Shown: one piece after another, positions 17,508-27,607 of the stretch | How positions within the stretch are numbered: the first letter of the stretch is position 1 | Layout: every line of letters starts with the position of its first letter | From: an uncultured Gemmatimonadales bacterium | Lineage (GTDB): Bacteria > Gemmatimonadota > Gemmatimonadetes > Gemmatimonadales > GWC2-71-9 | Direction of reading: 5' to 3' | Assembly: GCA_963828735.1 (NCBI GenBank) | Contig: CAWHFW010000005.1 | Span: 2,112,001-2,176,000 of the forward strand | Length of the DNA: 64,000 nt | The notes under the pieces: model-generated | What the model was told of the DNA's origin: nothing | Databases searched by the model: none | The model's input: only the letters and a program-made list of their open reading frames with translations | Position numbers and translations under genes: made by a program

Positions 17508-19871
17508 GTGACCCGCGCCTTCCGTTCGCTGCCGCTCGCGCTCTCCCTCCTCCTCGCCCTCGCTCGGCTCCTCCCGGCCCAGGCGGACTCCGCCACGCCA
17601 ATGGCCGGCCTGAGCAATAGCGGCCGCAACGGGGACCGGCCGTATGTCACGGCCGGTGACCGCGCCTACCTCATCGGGACGCAGGACGGAAACTTCCCGG
17701 ACATGGGCGGCCATGTGGGGGGCGAGATGGGCGGGCTGTGGCTGCACCCGATCAAGCTGGTGGACGGCTTCCGGGCGACGATCATCGATTCCGCGACGCA
17801 CCAGAAGGCGGCGCTCGACAGCGCCGCCGAGTTCATCAATTACCCGTACGGGAATCGGCTCCGCTACGGCCCGGTGCTCGACAGCCTCGAGATCGACCGG
17901 TTCCAGTTCAGTCCGGACGGACTGCAAGGCGTGGTGGTCCGATACACCTTCCGCAACGCCGCCGCTCGCGGCAGACGGCTGCTCTTCGACTTCTCGGTCA
18001 AGACCGATCTCCTCCCGGTATGGTTCTCGGATCACCTCGGCATCCGCGACGCGCCCGACACCGTCGCCTGGCGGCGGAAACAAGGCGTCTTCCTCGCACG
18101 TGACCGCGCCCATCCGTGGTTCGCCGTGTGGGGCGCCACGCCGTCCCTGGGTGCGGAGCCGCTGACCCACCCCGATTCGTTCGCGTCGAAGGGGCAGGGC
18201 GTCACCGCCGCCTCGCGCTACCGGCTCTCGGTCGCGCCCCGCGACTCCGCGACGCTGACCTTCGTGCTCGCCGGGTCGGACACGAGCGAGCAGGACGCCT
18301 TGGAGAGCTGGGCCGGCATCGCGAGAGACCACGAGCGCCTCCTGGAGAAGCAACGCGAGCGCTATGCGGCGCTGCTCGACCGGGCGAGAATCAGCATCCC
18401 GGACCGGCGGCTGCAACAGGTCTACGACTGGGTGCGGATCAATACTCAATGGATGGTGCGGGACGTGCCCGGGATGGGACGCGGCGTCGGCGGCGGCCTC
18501 ATGGAGTATCCCTGGTGGTTCGGCACCGAGACCTACACCCTCCAGGCACTCACCGCGTCGGGTGATGTCGACCTCGCCAAGGCGATGCTCCGCCTGCTCC
18601 GCCGTCAGTCGGCGAAGGCGAACGGCAACGGCCGGATCCTTCACGAGGTCACCACCAACGGAGGCGTGTCGAACCCCGGCAACACTCAGGAGACCGCCCA
18701 GTTCATCCTCACCGTGGGCAAGGTGGTGCAGTGGACGGGAGACCTGGGCTTCGCCAGGGAGATGTACCCGGCGATGACACAGGGCCTGCAGTGGCTCCTG
18801 ACGGACGTGGACCGGAACCACGATCTCTTCCCGGAGGGCTACGGGATCACGGAAATCCTCGGCCTCAACGCGGAGCTGATCGACGTGGCCGCGTACACCC
18901 AGCAGGCGCTCGAGGCGACGGCGCGGGTCGCCGCCCTCCTCGGTCACTCGGCCGACGCCGAGCGATACCGGACGCTGGCGGCGCGGCTCGCGGCGAGGAT
19001 CAACGAGCGCTTCTGGCTCCCGGACGACAGCTCCTACGCCGACTTCTACGGCACCAGGGCCCAGGCGGTGAGCACGGCGGAGGGGGCCGTCAAGCAGATC
19101 AAGCTCAAGGAAGCGGACGGAGATACGCTGACGGCGAGAGACCGGGACCGGATCGCCTACTACGAGCGGCTCGGGCAGCAATTCGCCGCTATGCCCGACA
19201 CCGCGCGGGGATGGATCACGAACAAGAACTGGGTCGTCACGACGCCCATGGAGGTCGGCATCGCGCCGCCGGAAAGAGCGCGCGCCGCGCTGGACAAGAT
19301 CCGGCGGGACGATGTCGGCGAGTTCGGGCCGTTTCTCTCCGCCGTCGATCGAGGATCGATGATGACGATCGCTACCGGCGCGCAGGCCGTGTCGGAGGGC
19401 AGGTACGGACGCATCGATCAGGCGATGTGGTATGTCGACCGGATCGTGAGCACCTTCGGCCGGACCCTGCCGGGCTCGATCTCGGAGATGATGCCCGACT
19501 ACGGGTGCTTCGTCATCGCATGGACCAATTACGGCATCGTGGTCCCGCTGATCGAGCAGGTGTTCGGCATCGCGCCCGACGCGCCCAGCCGGACCATCGT
19601 CTTCGACCCGCATGTCCCGAGCGGATGGAAGACGATGAGCATCGAGTCGCTTCCGGTCGGAACCAACACGGTCTCGTTTTCATGGGCGGAGACCGCGAGA
19701 GGCATCGAGTACGACATCAGGGCCGAGCAGGGCGGATGGAGCTTCATCGTGCGGGCGGACACGGCGGCCGGTGCGAAGTACTATCTGGACGGCGCACCGG
19801 TCGCTCCGACGGCCTCCGGCATCCGCATGAGCGGCACGCGGAATCACCTGCTGATGGTCCCGACGAGGTGA
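17508..19871 (+). CDS. Secreted six-hairpin glycoside hydrolase (glycogen-debranching / amylo-alpha-1,6-glucosidase-like)
   Basis: Signal peptide; EYPWWFG, GRILHEV..NG.V.N.GN.QET, PEGYGITE, LPGSISEMMPDYGCF. Confidence 0.8.
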   Translation: MTRAFRSLPLALSLLLALARLLPAQADSATPMAGLSNSGRNGDRPYVTAGDRAYLIGTQDGNFPDMGGHVGGEMGGLWLHPIKLVDGFRATIIDSATHQKAALDSAAEFINYPYGNRLRYGPVLDSLEIDRFQFSPDGLQGVVVRYTFRNAAARGRRLLFDFSVKTDLLPVWFSDHLGIRDAPDTVAWRRKQGVFLARDRAHPWFAVWGATPSLGAEPLTHPDSFASKGQGVTAASRYRLSVAPRDSATLTFVLAGSDTSEQDALESWAGIARDHERLLEKQRERYAALLDRARISIPDRRLQQVYDWVRINTQWMVRDVPGMGRGVGGGLMEYPWWFGTETYTLQALTASGDVDLAKAMLRLLRRQSAKANGNGRILHEVTTNGGVSNPGNTQETAQFILTVGKVVQWTGDLGFAREMYPAMTQGLQWLLTDVDRNHDLFPEGYGITEILGLNAELIDVAAYTQQALEATARVAALLGHSADAERYRTLAARLAARINERFWLPDDSSYADFYGTRAQAVSTAEGAVKQIKLKEADGDTLTARDRDRIAYYERLGQQFAAMPDTARGWITNKNWVVTTPMEVGIAPPERARAALDKIRRDDVGEFGPFLSAVDRGSMMTIATGAQAVSEGRYGRIDQAMWYVDRIVSTFGRTLPGSISEMMPDYGCFVIAWTNYGIVVPLIEQVFGIAPDAPSRTIVFDPHVPSGWKTMSIESLPVGTNTVSFSWAETARGIEYDIRAEQGGWSFIVRADTAAGAKYYLDGAPVAPTASGIRMSGTRNHLLMVPTR

Positions 19872-19890
19872 CCCGCGGCTCCGTTCGGGC

Positions 19891-19931
19891 CGCGAGTGTA
19901 TCCGATCGAGTCGCTGAGGGGCGAGTAGCCG
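19891..19931 (+). repeat. Relic 3' end of an ADOP permease; imperfect direct repeat of 16988-17028
   Basis: 37/41 identical; encodes RVYPIESLRGE* versus RVDPIESLRGE*. Confidence 0.75.
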
Positions 19932-19971
19932 GCGGTCTCGAAGACCCGCCGTTCAAGCAGTTGGTGGAGGG

Positions 19972-20510
19972 CTAGCTTCCCTCCCGTCGCTTGGCACACG
20001 CGGTCAGGAACGACGCGCTCTGCTTCTCGAGCCCGCCGATGGGGAACTCCGCGGTGGTCTTGTAGGATCCGGCCCCATCGGCGTCGTCCACGAGCGCGCG
20101 TCGGTGCCCGCTCAGCCACGCGATCAGGCGATCCTGCGGGATCGTCAGCAGCACTTTTCCTCCCGTGCTGGTCGTCCCGGCGAATCCTTTGATCCTGCGG
20201 GGAGGGGCGCTGTCCACCCTCAGCCCGACATCCGTACTCCCCTGACGCAGCGCCTGGTCGGTCATGATGGCGACGGTCGCGTCATCCCGGAAGCAATCGA
20301 AGCTCAGGACGACCGCGTGCCTTCGTGCCTCGCCTTCCGGGCCCTCCTTGCCGGTGGCCCGAAGCCGCCCGGTCAACCGGGTCCCATGTGATGCCTCGGT
20401 CCGCCCGTGTCCACGCGCATCGTCCAATCGCCTTTCGCCTGGCGCCCGCCGCATGCGGCGAGGCGCATTCCGGCCAGTGCGACAGCGGACGTAACGGCGC
20501 GTCGAGTCAT
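19972..20510 (-). pseudogene. Putative lipoprotein, frameshifted near 20400
   Basis: MTRRAVTSAVALAGMRLAAC lipobox in one frame; globular-looking C-terminal part (VVLSFDC...AEFPIGGL...FLTAC) in another. Confidence 0.5.
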
Positions 20511-20733
20511 GGTGTAGACCATGATAGCTCCAGGCCGCCTGAATCTCACGTGGGGCGACCCGCTTCTGGACCTTCGTTGGCTCAGGGCTAGATTGGGTAT
20601 CCGCCATACCGGGGCCCCGAACGACTTCAGGTCGTGGTGCCGCCCAACTGGATCGCGGAGTTCCGGCGTGGGGTCGCGCAGGCGCGCGGCCGGCCGTGAA
20701 TCGCCGATGACTCTCCCAGCCACTGGAGGCTCT

Positions 20734-21183
20734 ATGACTCGTCCTATCGCTGTGGCCCTTGCCGCCCTCGTTCTCGCGTTGCCGTGCTCGGCGGTCGCGC
20801 AGGCCGGCGGAGACGCCCGTGCCCAGATCGAGAAAATGTCTCAGGCATGGCAGAAGGCGTACAACTCGGGAGATGCGGCGGCCGTCGCGGCGCTCTACGC
20901 GAAGGACGCCAAGCTCATGCCCCCCGGCGTCGAACCGGCCTCCGGCTCGAGCGCCATCCAGACCTTCTTTACGGCGGACGTGAAACAGGGCGCCAAGAAC
21001 ACGTTGACCACGGAAGATGTCGCGGGGTTCGGCGACTACGCTCTCGAGACCGGCAAATGGGTGGCCACCTCCGCCGACGGCAAGCACCTGGACCACGGCC
21101 AGTATATGACCCTCTACAAGAAGGCCGACGGTGGGTGGAAGATCGTCCGGGACACCTGGAACAGCAGCATGGCGCATCAGTAG
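20734..21183 (+). CDS. Secreted SnoaL/NTF2-like (DUF4440) protein
   Basis: GGAGG RBS; signal peptide; AYNSGDAAAVAALYAKDA...DGGWKIVRDTWN. Confidence 0.88.
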   Translation: MTRPIAVALAALVLALPCSAVAQAGGDARAQIEKMSQAWQKAYNSGDAAAVAALYAKDAKLMPPGVEPASGSSAIQTFFTADVKQGAKNTLTTEDVAGFGDYALETGKWVATSADGKHLDHGQYMTLYKKADGGWKIVRDTWNSSMAHQ

Positions 21184-21330
21184 AGGTCGGCGCGAGGGGA
21201 GACGGGCACCGCCCGTAGCCAAGGGCGTCCGGTAGATGTGCCATCGGAAGACAAACCGCCGCCGGGACGACGAGTCCCGAGGTGAAATGGCCCGGCGTGC
21301 CCGACGGGGCGATATTGGGTCCCACACCCA

Positions 21331-21850
21331 ATGAACGACCCCCGCTCTCGCCTTGCCGACGCTCTCGCCGATCCTACCACATCGAGCGCGAGCTCGGCGC
21401 CGGCGGCATGGCGACCGTCTATCTCGCCCGTGATCTCAAGCATGACCGTCAGATGGCCGTGAAGGTCCTCCGCTCCCGGGGGGAGACTTCGCCCGCTGGA
21501 CGCCGGACAGAACCGGGTTCGTGTATCACGCGTCCGACGGGCTGCGGCTGCATCGCATCGAGAGCGGGGCCGACAGCCTGCGCGTGTCCAATGCGGCGAT
21601 CGGGGCTAAAGTGTTCTATGCGGCGTGGTCGCGTGACGGTGCCAGTCTCTACTACATGGCCCGGTCGTCCAAGGGCTGGTCGATTCGTGCGATGCCCGCG
21701 GCCGGCGGCGCCAGCACGACACTCGTCGACTTCGACGATCCCACCCGACAGCACACGAAATACGGATTCACCACGGATGGGAGGGTCTTCTATTTCACGA
21801 TCGGCGCCTCCGAGAGTGACATCTGGGTCGCGGATCTGACGAAACCATGA
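21331..21850 (+). pseudogene. Internally deleted Ser/Thr kinase-PD40 gene
   Basis: Kinase N-terminus (IERELGAGGMATVYLARDLKHDRQMAVKVL) joined near 21475 to a beta-propeller tail (AWSRDG...SESDIWVADL*). Confidence 0.8.
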
Positions 21851-21911
21851 CCCGCGGTCATCGCCGTGGGCTTCGCACGACGGTGGCGCGACGCCCGGCA
21901 AGGACCGGCCC

Positions 21912-24446
21912 ATGAGCGACCACGCCGCGCGCCTCCGCGCCGCGCTCGCCGGCCGCTACGAGGTCGAGCGCGAGCTCGGCGCCGGCGGCATGGCCACGGT
22001 GTATCTCGCCCAGGACATCAAGCACGGTCGCAAGGTCGCCATCAAGGTCCTGCGGCCCGAGCTCGCCGCGGTGATCGGGGCGGAGCGGTTCGTCCGCGAG
22101 ATCCGCACGATCGCAGCACTCCAGCACCCGCACATCCTCGGCCTCATCGACTCGGGTGAAGTGCAGGGCACCGCCTACTTTGTCATGCCCTTCGTGGACG
22201 GTGAGTCCCTGCGGGACCGGCTCAGCCGGGAGAAGCAGCTCCCCATCCCGGATGCCGTCCGGATCGCGAGCGAAGTCGCCTCCGCGCTCGACTATGCCCA
22301 TCGGCATGGGGTGATCCACCGGGACATCAAGCCCGAGAACATCCTGCTCCACGACGGGCAGGCGTTGGTGGCCGACTTCGGCATCGCGCTGGCCGTGAGT
22401 CACGCGGGCGGCTCGCGGATGACCGAGACCGGGATGTCGCTCGGCACGCCGCACTACATGAGCCCCGAGCAGGCCATGGGCGAGCGGGAGATCACGGCGC
22501 GCTCCGACGTGTACGCGCTCGGCTGCGTGACCTACGAGATGCTGATCGGGGATCCCCCTTTCACCGGCAGCACGGCGCAGGCCATCGTCGCGAAGGTGCT
22601 GACGGCCGATCCGGCGCCCCTCACCGCCCAACGGAGGAGCGTCACCCCGCAGCTCGAGGCGGCGGTGCTGACCGCCCTGGAGAAGCTTCCGGCGGACCGG
22701 TTCGGAACGCCGGCGGAGTTCGCCGCGGCGCTGAACGGGCGCTCCGACGGCCCGACGGTGCGATCCGCCCCGCCCAAGGCCCGCGCACCCCGCTCCGCCA
22801 TCGTCGTAGGGGCGCTCGCGCTCGTGGCGCTGGGGTTCCTGGCCGGCCGCTGGGCAGGGGGACACGGCGACGCCGCGAGCGTCACCTTCCTGCAGAGGAG
22901 CTTTCGCGACGAAGCGATCTACAACGCCCGCTTCGCGCCGGACGGACAGACCATCGTCTATAGCTCCGCCGCGGAGACCAGTGCCCCCGAGCTGTTCATC
23001 ATCCGCCCCGACTATCCGGAGCCGACCGCCTTCGGCCTCACCGCGGCACACCTGCTCTCCGTTTCGTCGAAGGGAGAGCTGGCCGTCCTGCTTCGCGCCG
23101 AATTCGTCCGCCATCGCCTCTTTCTGGGGACCCTGGCGCGCGTCCCGCTCGGCGGAGGCGCTCCTCGCGAAGTGCTCGACAGCGTGCGGGAGGCCGACTG
23201 GTCGCCGGATGGCACCGAGCTGGCCATCATCCACGATGTGGGCGGTCGGGACCGCCTCGAATTCCCCATCGGCAAGGTCCTGTACGAAGGCTCCGGCTAC
23301 CTGAGCGATCCGCGTGTCTCACCCGACGGGCGGCATGTCGCCTTTGCTGAGCACCCGTTTCGCTGGGATGACCGCGGCACGGTGAAGATCGTGGATCGGG
23401 TGGGCAAGCCGACGGTCGTCACGCGCGACTACCCGTCCATTGAAGGGCTGGCATGGCGTCCCCGAGGCGACGAGCTCCTGTTTTCGGCGTCCGACAACAA
23501 GGAGTACGTCGTTCGCGCCGTGAGCCTCAGCGGACGCCTTCGGGTCGCGGTGACGGGCGCGGGCAACCTCACGGCGCAGGATGTGTCTCGGAGCGGACGG
23601 TTGCTCCTGACCCGCGATGACACGCCGTACAGGTTGATGCTGCGCGGGCCGGGATTGGCGCGGGAGCTCGACGTCTCCTGGCTCGACATTTCACTCGCCC
23701 CGACGCTCTCGCGCGACGGCTCGCTCCTGGCCTTTTCCGACGCCGGCACCGACGCCGGCCCCAATTACGACGTCATGCTTCGGAAGACTGCCGGCGGCCA
23801 GGTGGCACGGCTGGGCGAGGGCCAGTCTGCCGCCTTCTCGCCGGACGGGAAGTGGCTGCTGGCCATCGTCCCCTCGACGCCGCCGAGGATCGTTCTCTAT
23901 CCCACGCGCACGGGCGCCGAACGCCGAATCACGATCGATCCATTCGAGTCCATCGGCTCGGCGGACTGGTTCCCCGACGGCCAATCGATCCTCTTCTGCG
24001 GGAACCGGGTGGGAGAAGCCTCCCGCTGCTACGTCCAGCCGCTGGCGGGGGGAAAGGCGCGGGCGGTGACGCCGGCCGGCACGGGCGCGGGGTTCGTCTC
24101 GCCGGACGGGAACGAGGTGGTGGCGTTCATTCAGTCCCTGGGCTATCGCAGATATCCGGTCGCCGGGGGTGCTGGAAGCGAAATCCCGGGGCTCTCGTCC
24201 AGCGACCAGATCGTTCGCTGGACCTCCGATGGGCGCGCGCTCGTCGTCGGGCGCACGACCTCGAGCACCATGGATCGTGTGGACCTCGCGACGGGCCGTC
24301 GGGAGCCGCTCGTGACGCTGGGGACCGAGCTCCCCGGTGGCCGGTGGCGGCCCGTCTTCTTCGCGATGGCGGACGATCCGCACGTCTACTCGTACGTCGG
24401 CGCGACCTATCTCTCCGAGATCTTCACCGTGGATGGCGTGCGATGA
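21912..24446 (+). CDS. Ser/Thr kinase with TM and PD40/TolB-like beta-propeller
   Basis: All kinase motifs present; repeated W/FSPDG units. Confidence 0.93.
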   Translation: MSDHAARLRAALAGRYEVERELGAGGMATVYLAQDIKHGRKVAIKVLRPELAAVIGAERFVREIRTIAALQHPHILGLIDSGEVQGTAYFVMPFVDGESLRDRLSREKQLPIPDAVRIASEVASALDYAHRHGVIHRDIKPENILLHDGQALVADFGIALAVSHAGGSRMTETGMSLGTPHYMSPEQAMGEREITARSDVYALGCVTYEMLIGDPPFTGSTAQAIVAKVLTADPAPLTAQRRSVTPQLEAAVLTALEKLPADRFGTPAEFAAALNGRSDGPTVRSAPPKARAPRSAIVVGALALVALGFLAGRWAGGHGDAASVTFLQRSFRDEAIYNARFAPDGQTIVYSSAAETSAPELFIIRPDYPEPTAFGLTAAHLLSVSSKGELAVLLRAEFVRHRLFLGTLARVPLGGGAPREVLDSVREADWSPDGTELAIIHDVGGRDRLEFPIGKVLYEGSGYLSDPRVSPDGRHVAFAEHPFRWDDRGTVKIVDRVGKPTVVTRDYPSIEGLAWRPRGDELLFSASDNKEYVVRAVSLSGRLRVAVTGAGNLTAQDVSRSGRLLLTRDDTPYRLMLRGPGLARELDVSWLDISLAPTLSRDGSLLAFSDAGTDAGPNYDVMLRKTAGGQVARLGEGQSAAFSPDGKWLLAIVPSTPPRIVLYPTRTGAERRITIDPFESIGSADWFPDGQSILFCGNRVGEASRCYVQPLAGGKARAVTPAGTGAGFVSPDGNEVVAFIQSLGYRRYPVAGGAGSEIPGLSSSDQIVRWTSDGRALVVGRTTSSTMDRVDLATGRREPLVTLGTELPGGRWRPVFFAMADDPHVYSYVGATYLSEIFTVDGVR

Positions 24447-24626
24447 GCCGGCGCGGCGGGGCGGGAGCGGGGCAGCGACCCGGGCGGGGCGCGGGTTGAG
24501 GAACGGGCTGTTCATGGAATGAGTCTCCACCATTGACGCCGCCTGCGCGGGCGCCACCTTTCTCTCGACCCGCGTGCCGAGCTCGGCGCGCCCTCGGCCA
24601 TCGCGCCACGTCCCTTTCCCATCCCC

Positions 24627-26224
24627 ATGTCGCCCACTCGACGCGAAGTCCTGGCCCAGCTCGCCGCCCTCGCCCTGCTGCCGCTGCCCACCCGGGTCCG
24701 GCACGACGACGACCCGCTCGACGGCACTATCGCCGACTACCAGGCCGGGCGCCGCCGCGGCGCGTGGACCGCCGAGGAGGTCACGGCCCGCGCGCTCGAG
24801 CGCTGCCGCGACGACGGCATGCGGTGGCACGCGATCGACGCGCTCTCGCCCGCCGCCCTCGCCGACGCGCGCGCGGCCGACGCGCGTCTCCGCGCCGGCC
24901 GGGTGCGCGGGCCGCTCGACGGCGTCCCCGTGTTCGCCAAGGCGATCTACGACATGTCGGGGCTTCCGACCACGGGGTCCAGCGCCGATTGGGCCCGACT
25001 CTTTCCGGACCCCGTGCATCGCGACGCGCTCGAGGTGACGCGGCTCCGCGCGGCCGGCGCGATCGTCCTGGGAAAGACCGCCGCCGACGACTTCGCCTAT
25101 CGCGGCAACGGCACCAGCAGCCACACCGGCCAGGTGCTGAACCCGCACGATCCCTCCGGCACACGCACGCCCGGCGGCTCCAGCGCGGGGTCGGCGGTCG
25201 CCGTCGCGAGCGGAATGGCCTTCGCCGCGCTCGGCACCGACGACGGCGGCTCGAACCGCATCCCCGCGCAGTTCACCGGCGTCGTGGGGATGAAGCCGAC
25301 GTTCGGGCTCGTCCCGCGCACCGGCGTGATCCCGACGTGGCCCTATCTCGACACGCACGGGCCGCTCGCGCGCACCGTGGCGGACGCGGCGCTCCTCCTC
25401 GCGGCCATCGCCGGCCCCGACCGGTCGGACCCGCTCGCGCGAACGGGCAAGTTCGATAGCGCGCCGCTGGCCGCGTTGCGTGACGACGCGCTCGCGGGGG
25501 CGCGGGTCGGCCTCGTCGACGCCCACGTCCCGCGCGCGCAGATGACGTCCGACGCGCTCGCGGTGTGGGACCGCGCGGTGGGCGACCTCCGCGCCGCCGG
25601 CGCCACGGTCGAGCCCTTCGCGCCGGCCGTCACGCTCGCGACCTTCAGGAGCGCCTTCGCCGACTTCGGCGGGAAGGCGCGGTGACATCGTCGGCGACCC
25701 GAAGGCGCCGGCCCCGACCGCCAACGCGCTCTACCACTATTTCGCCGGGCGCACGAAGGACCCTCGCGCGGCGGTCCGCGCGGGGTACCCGGCCTACCGC
25801 GCCTTCTACGACGTGCTCCCCGAGACCTTCGAGGAGTGCGAGCCGCTCCTCGGCGGAGCCGATGACGCAGGATCAGGCTGGACGATCGTTCGCCCGCTCA
25901 CGCGCGGAGGTGGTGGCGGCGCTCGCCGAGACGATGCGCGCGGCCGGCATCGCCGCGATGGTCTATCCGACCATGCCCTTCAACGCTCCGCGCACGGTAG
26001 ATGACTGGCCGGACATCCGCACCACGCTCGGCTACGGCAACTGGCTCGGCCTCCCGGAGGTGTCGGTGCCGGCGGGAATGGGGACCGACGGTATGCCGGC
26101 GCTCAACCTGTCGGTGGTCGGCCTCCCGGGCGAGGATGCAAGGGTGCTCGCGCTGGCGCACGCGTACGAGCGGCAGTCGCGCCGCTTCGTCGCGCCGCCG
26201 CGCGGCGGTCGGCGGAGCTCGTGA
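24627..26224 (+). pseudogene. Amidase signature family enzyme with Tat-like signal; two frameshifts (~25680, ~25855), possibly sequencing errors
   Basis: GPLDGVP, PGGSSAGS, GTDDGGSNRIPA, GMKPTFG; C-terminal GLPEVSVPAG...AHAYE in another frame. Confidence 0.82.
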
Positions 26225-26412
26225 CACAGGGCCGCCGACTCGTCCCGTTCTGGGTCCCGCTGTTGCTGGGACTCATGAGCCTGGTCAACGTGATCGGCAA
26301 CCCGCGCGTCGCGACGCTTCACGGGTCTGATGTCGTGCAGCTGATCGGCACGGGCGTGTGCTTCGGCGTCGCCCTCGCGACGCTGATCGTGTTCCTCCGC
26401 GGCTCACGCTGA
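26221..26412 (+). CDS. Small two-TM membrane protein
   Basis: GTGA overlap with the amidase stop; two hydrophobic helices. Confidence 0.65.
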   Translation: MTQGRRLVPFWVPLLLGLMSLVNVIGNPRVATLHGSDVVQLIGTGVCFGVALATLIVFLRGSR

Positions 26413-26426
26413 CGGCGAGCTTCGTT

Positions 26427-27128
26427 GTGGACAGCCCCGTCGCGCTCGTCACCGCCGCCAGCCGGGGGATGGGCGCGGCATGCGCCCGTGAGCTGGGGCG
26501 CCGGGGCTTCCGGCTGGTGTTGATGGCGCGTTCCGGTGACGTGGAGACGCTCGCGACCGAGCTCGGCGGCACCGGCGTCCGCGGCTCCGTGGCCGTCGCG
26601 GAAGACCTGTCGCGCGCCGTCGAGACCGCGCGCACGACGTATGGACGCCTGGATGCCGTGATCAACAATACGGGTCATGTGGCCAAGGGGGATCTGCTCG
26701 ACCTGTCGGACGCCCAATGGCACGAGGGCGTCGACCTGCTCCTCCTCAACGTCATCCGCATGGCGCGGTTCGCGACGCCGGTGATGCTCGCGGGCGGGGG
26801 TGGCGCGTTCCTCAATATTTCGAGCTTCGCGGCCGCGGAGCCCGGGCTCCGCCACCCCGTCTCCGCCACGCTCCGCGCGGCGCTGGCCAACTTCGCGAAG
26901 CTGTACAGCCAGCGATACGCTGGCCAGGGCATACGGATGAACAACCTGCTCCCCGGATGGATCGACACGTATCCCGTCGAGCCGGCGGCGGTCGCCACGA
27001 TTCCGGCGGGGCGCCCCGGCACCGCTGAGGAGGTCGCCCGGGTCGCGGCATTCCTGGTGTCGCCGGAGGCCAGCTACGTCACCGGCGAGAGCCTGCTGGT
27101 GGATGGCGGTCTCGTTCGGGCCGTCTGA
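26427..27128 (+). CDS. Short-chain dehydrogenase/reductase
   Basis: ALVTAASRGMG, INNTG, NNLLPG, YVTGESLLVDGG. Confidence 0.9.
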   Translation: MDSPVALVTAASRGMGAACARELGRRGFRLVLMARSGDVETLATELGGTGVRGSVAVAEDLSRAVETARTTYGRLDAVINNTGHVAKGDLLDLSDAQWHEGVDLLLLNVIRMARFATPVMLAGGGGAFLNISSFAAAEPGLRHPVSATLRAALANFAKLYSQRYAGQGIRMNNLLPGWIDTYPVEPAAVATIPAGRPGTAEEVARVAAFLVSPEASYVTGESLLVDGGLVRAV

Positions 27129-27199
27129 CGAGCACGGACGAGCATCGGAGCCGCCCGCGCTTCTCGAGGTTTGGTCGAGCACGAGAGGACACCGCCCAC

Positions 27200-27577
27200 G
27201 TGAAGGTCGAATGCATCGTCCCGATCCTGCGAGTCGCCGACCTCCCGGCCAGCCTTCGATACTACCGTGACGTCCTGGGCTTTCAACCGGATTGGGGAGA
27301 CGAGGACGGCTCCCAGATGGCCGCCGTCTCGCGCAGCGGCCAGGCAATCATGCTGTGTCAGGGTGCGCAGGGGCACGCCGGAACGTGGATCTGGATCGGC
27401 GTGGAGGATGTGGACCCGCTCTTTGCCGAGTTTCGAAGCAAGGGCGCACGATTCCTTCAGACCCCGACCAGTCGCCCGTGGGCGTATGAGATGCAAGTCG
27501 TAGATCCGGACGGGCACGTCCTCCGGTTCGGGTCCGAGCCACGGGATGACTCGAGTGGCGGAGGAACGCCTGGATGA
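27200..27577 (+). CDS. VOC / glyoxalase-bleomycin resistance family protein
   Basis: PILRVADL..S.RYY.DVLGF, PWAYEMQVVDPDGHVLRFG. Confidence 0.88.
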   Translation: MKVECIVPILRVADLPASLRYYRDVLGFQPDWGDEDGSQMAAVSRSGQAIMLCQGAQGHAGTWIWIGVEDVDPLFAEFRSKGARFLQTPTSRPWAYEMQVVDPDGHVLRFGSEPRDDSSGGGTPG

Positions 27578-27607
27578 GCCCGCCCTGGCGGTGAGCGAAC
27601 GCCGGAC

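Noticed and set aside
19972..21327. 451-aa minus-strand ORF as a single gene
   Set aside because: Its 5' part is antisense to the DUF4440 gene; only the 3' part looks coding.
4490..25724. Long antisense/alternate-frame ORFs (e.g. 4490-6415 +, 15358-17349 -, 17247-19613 -, 23691-25724 -)
   Set aside because: Arg/Pro/Gly-rich shadows of well-supported genes, expected in high-GC DNA.
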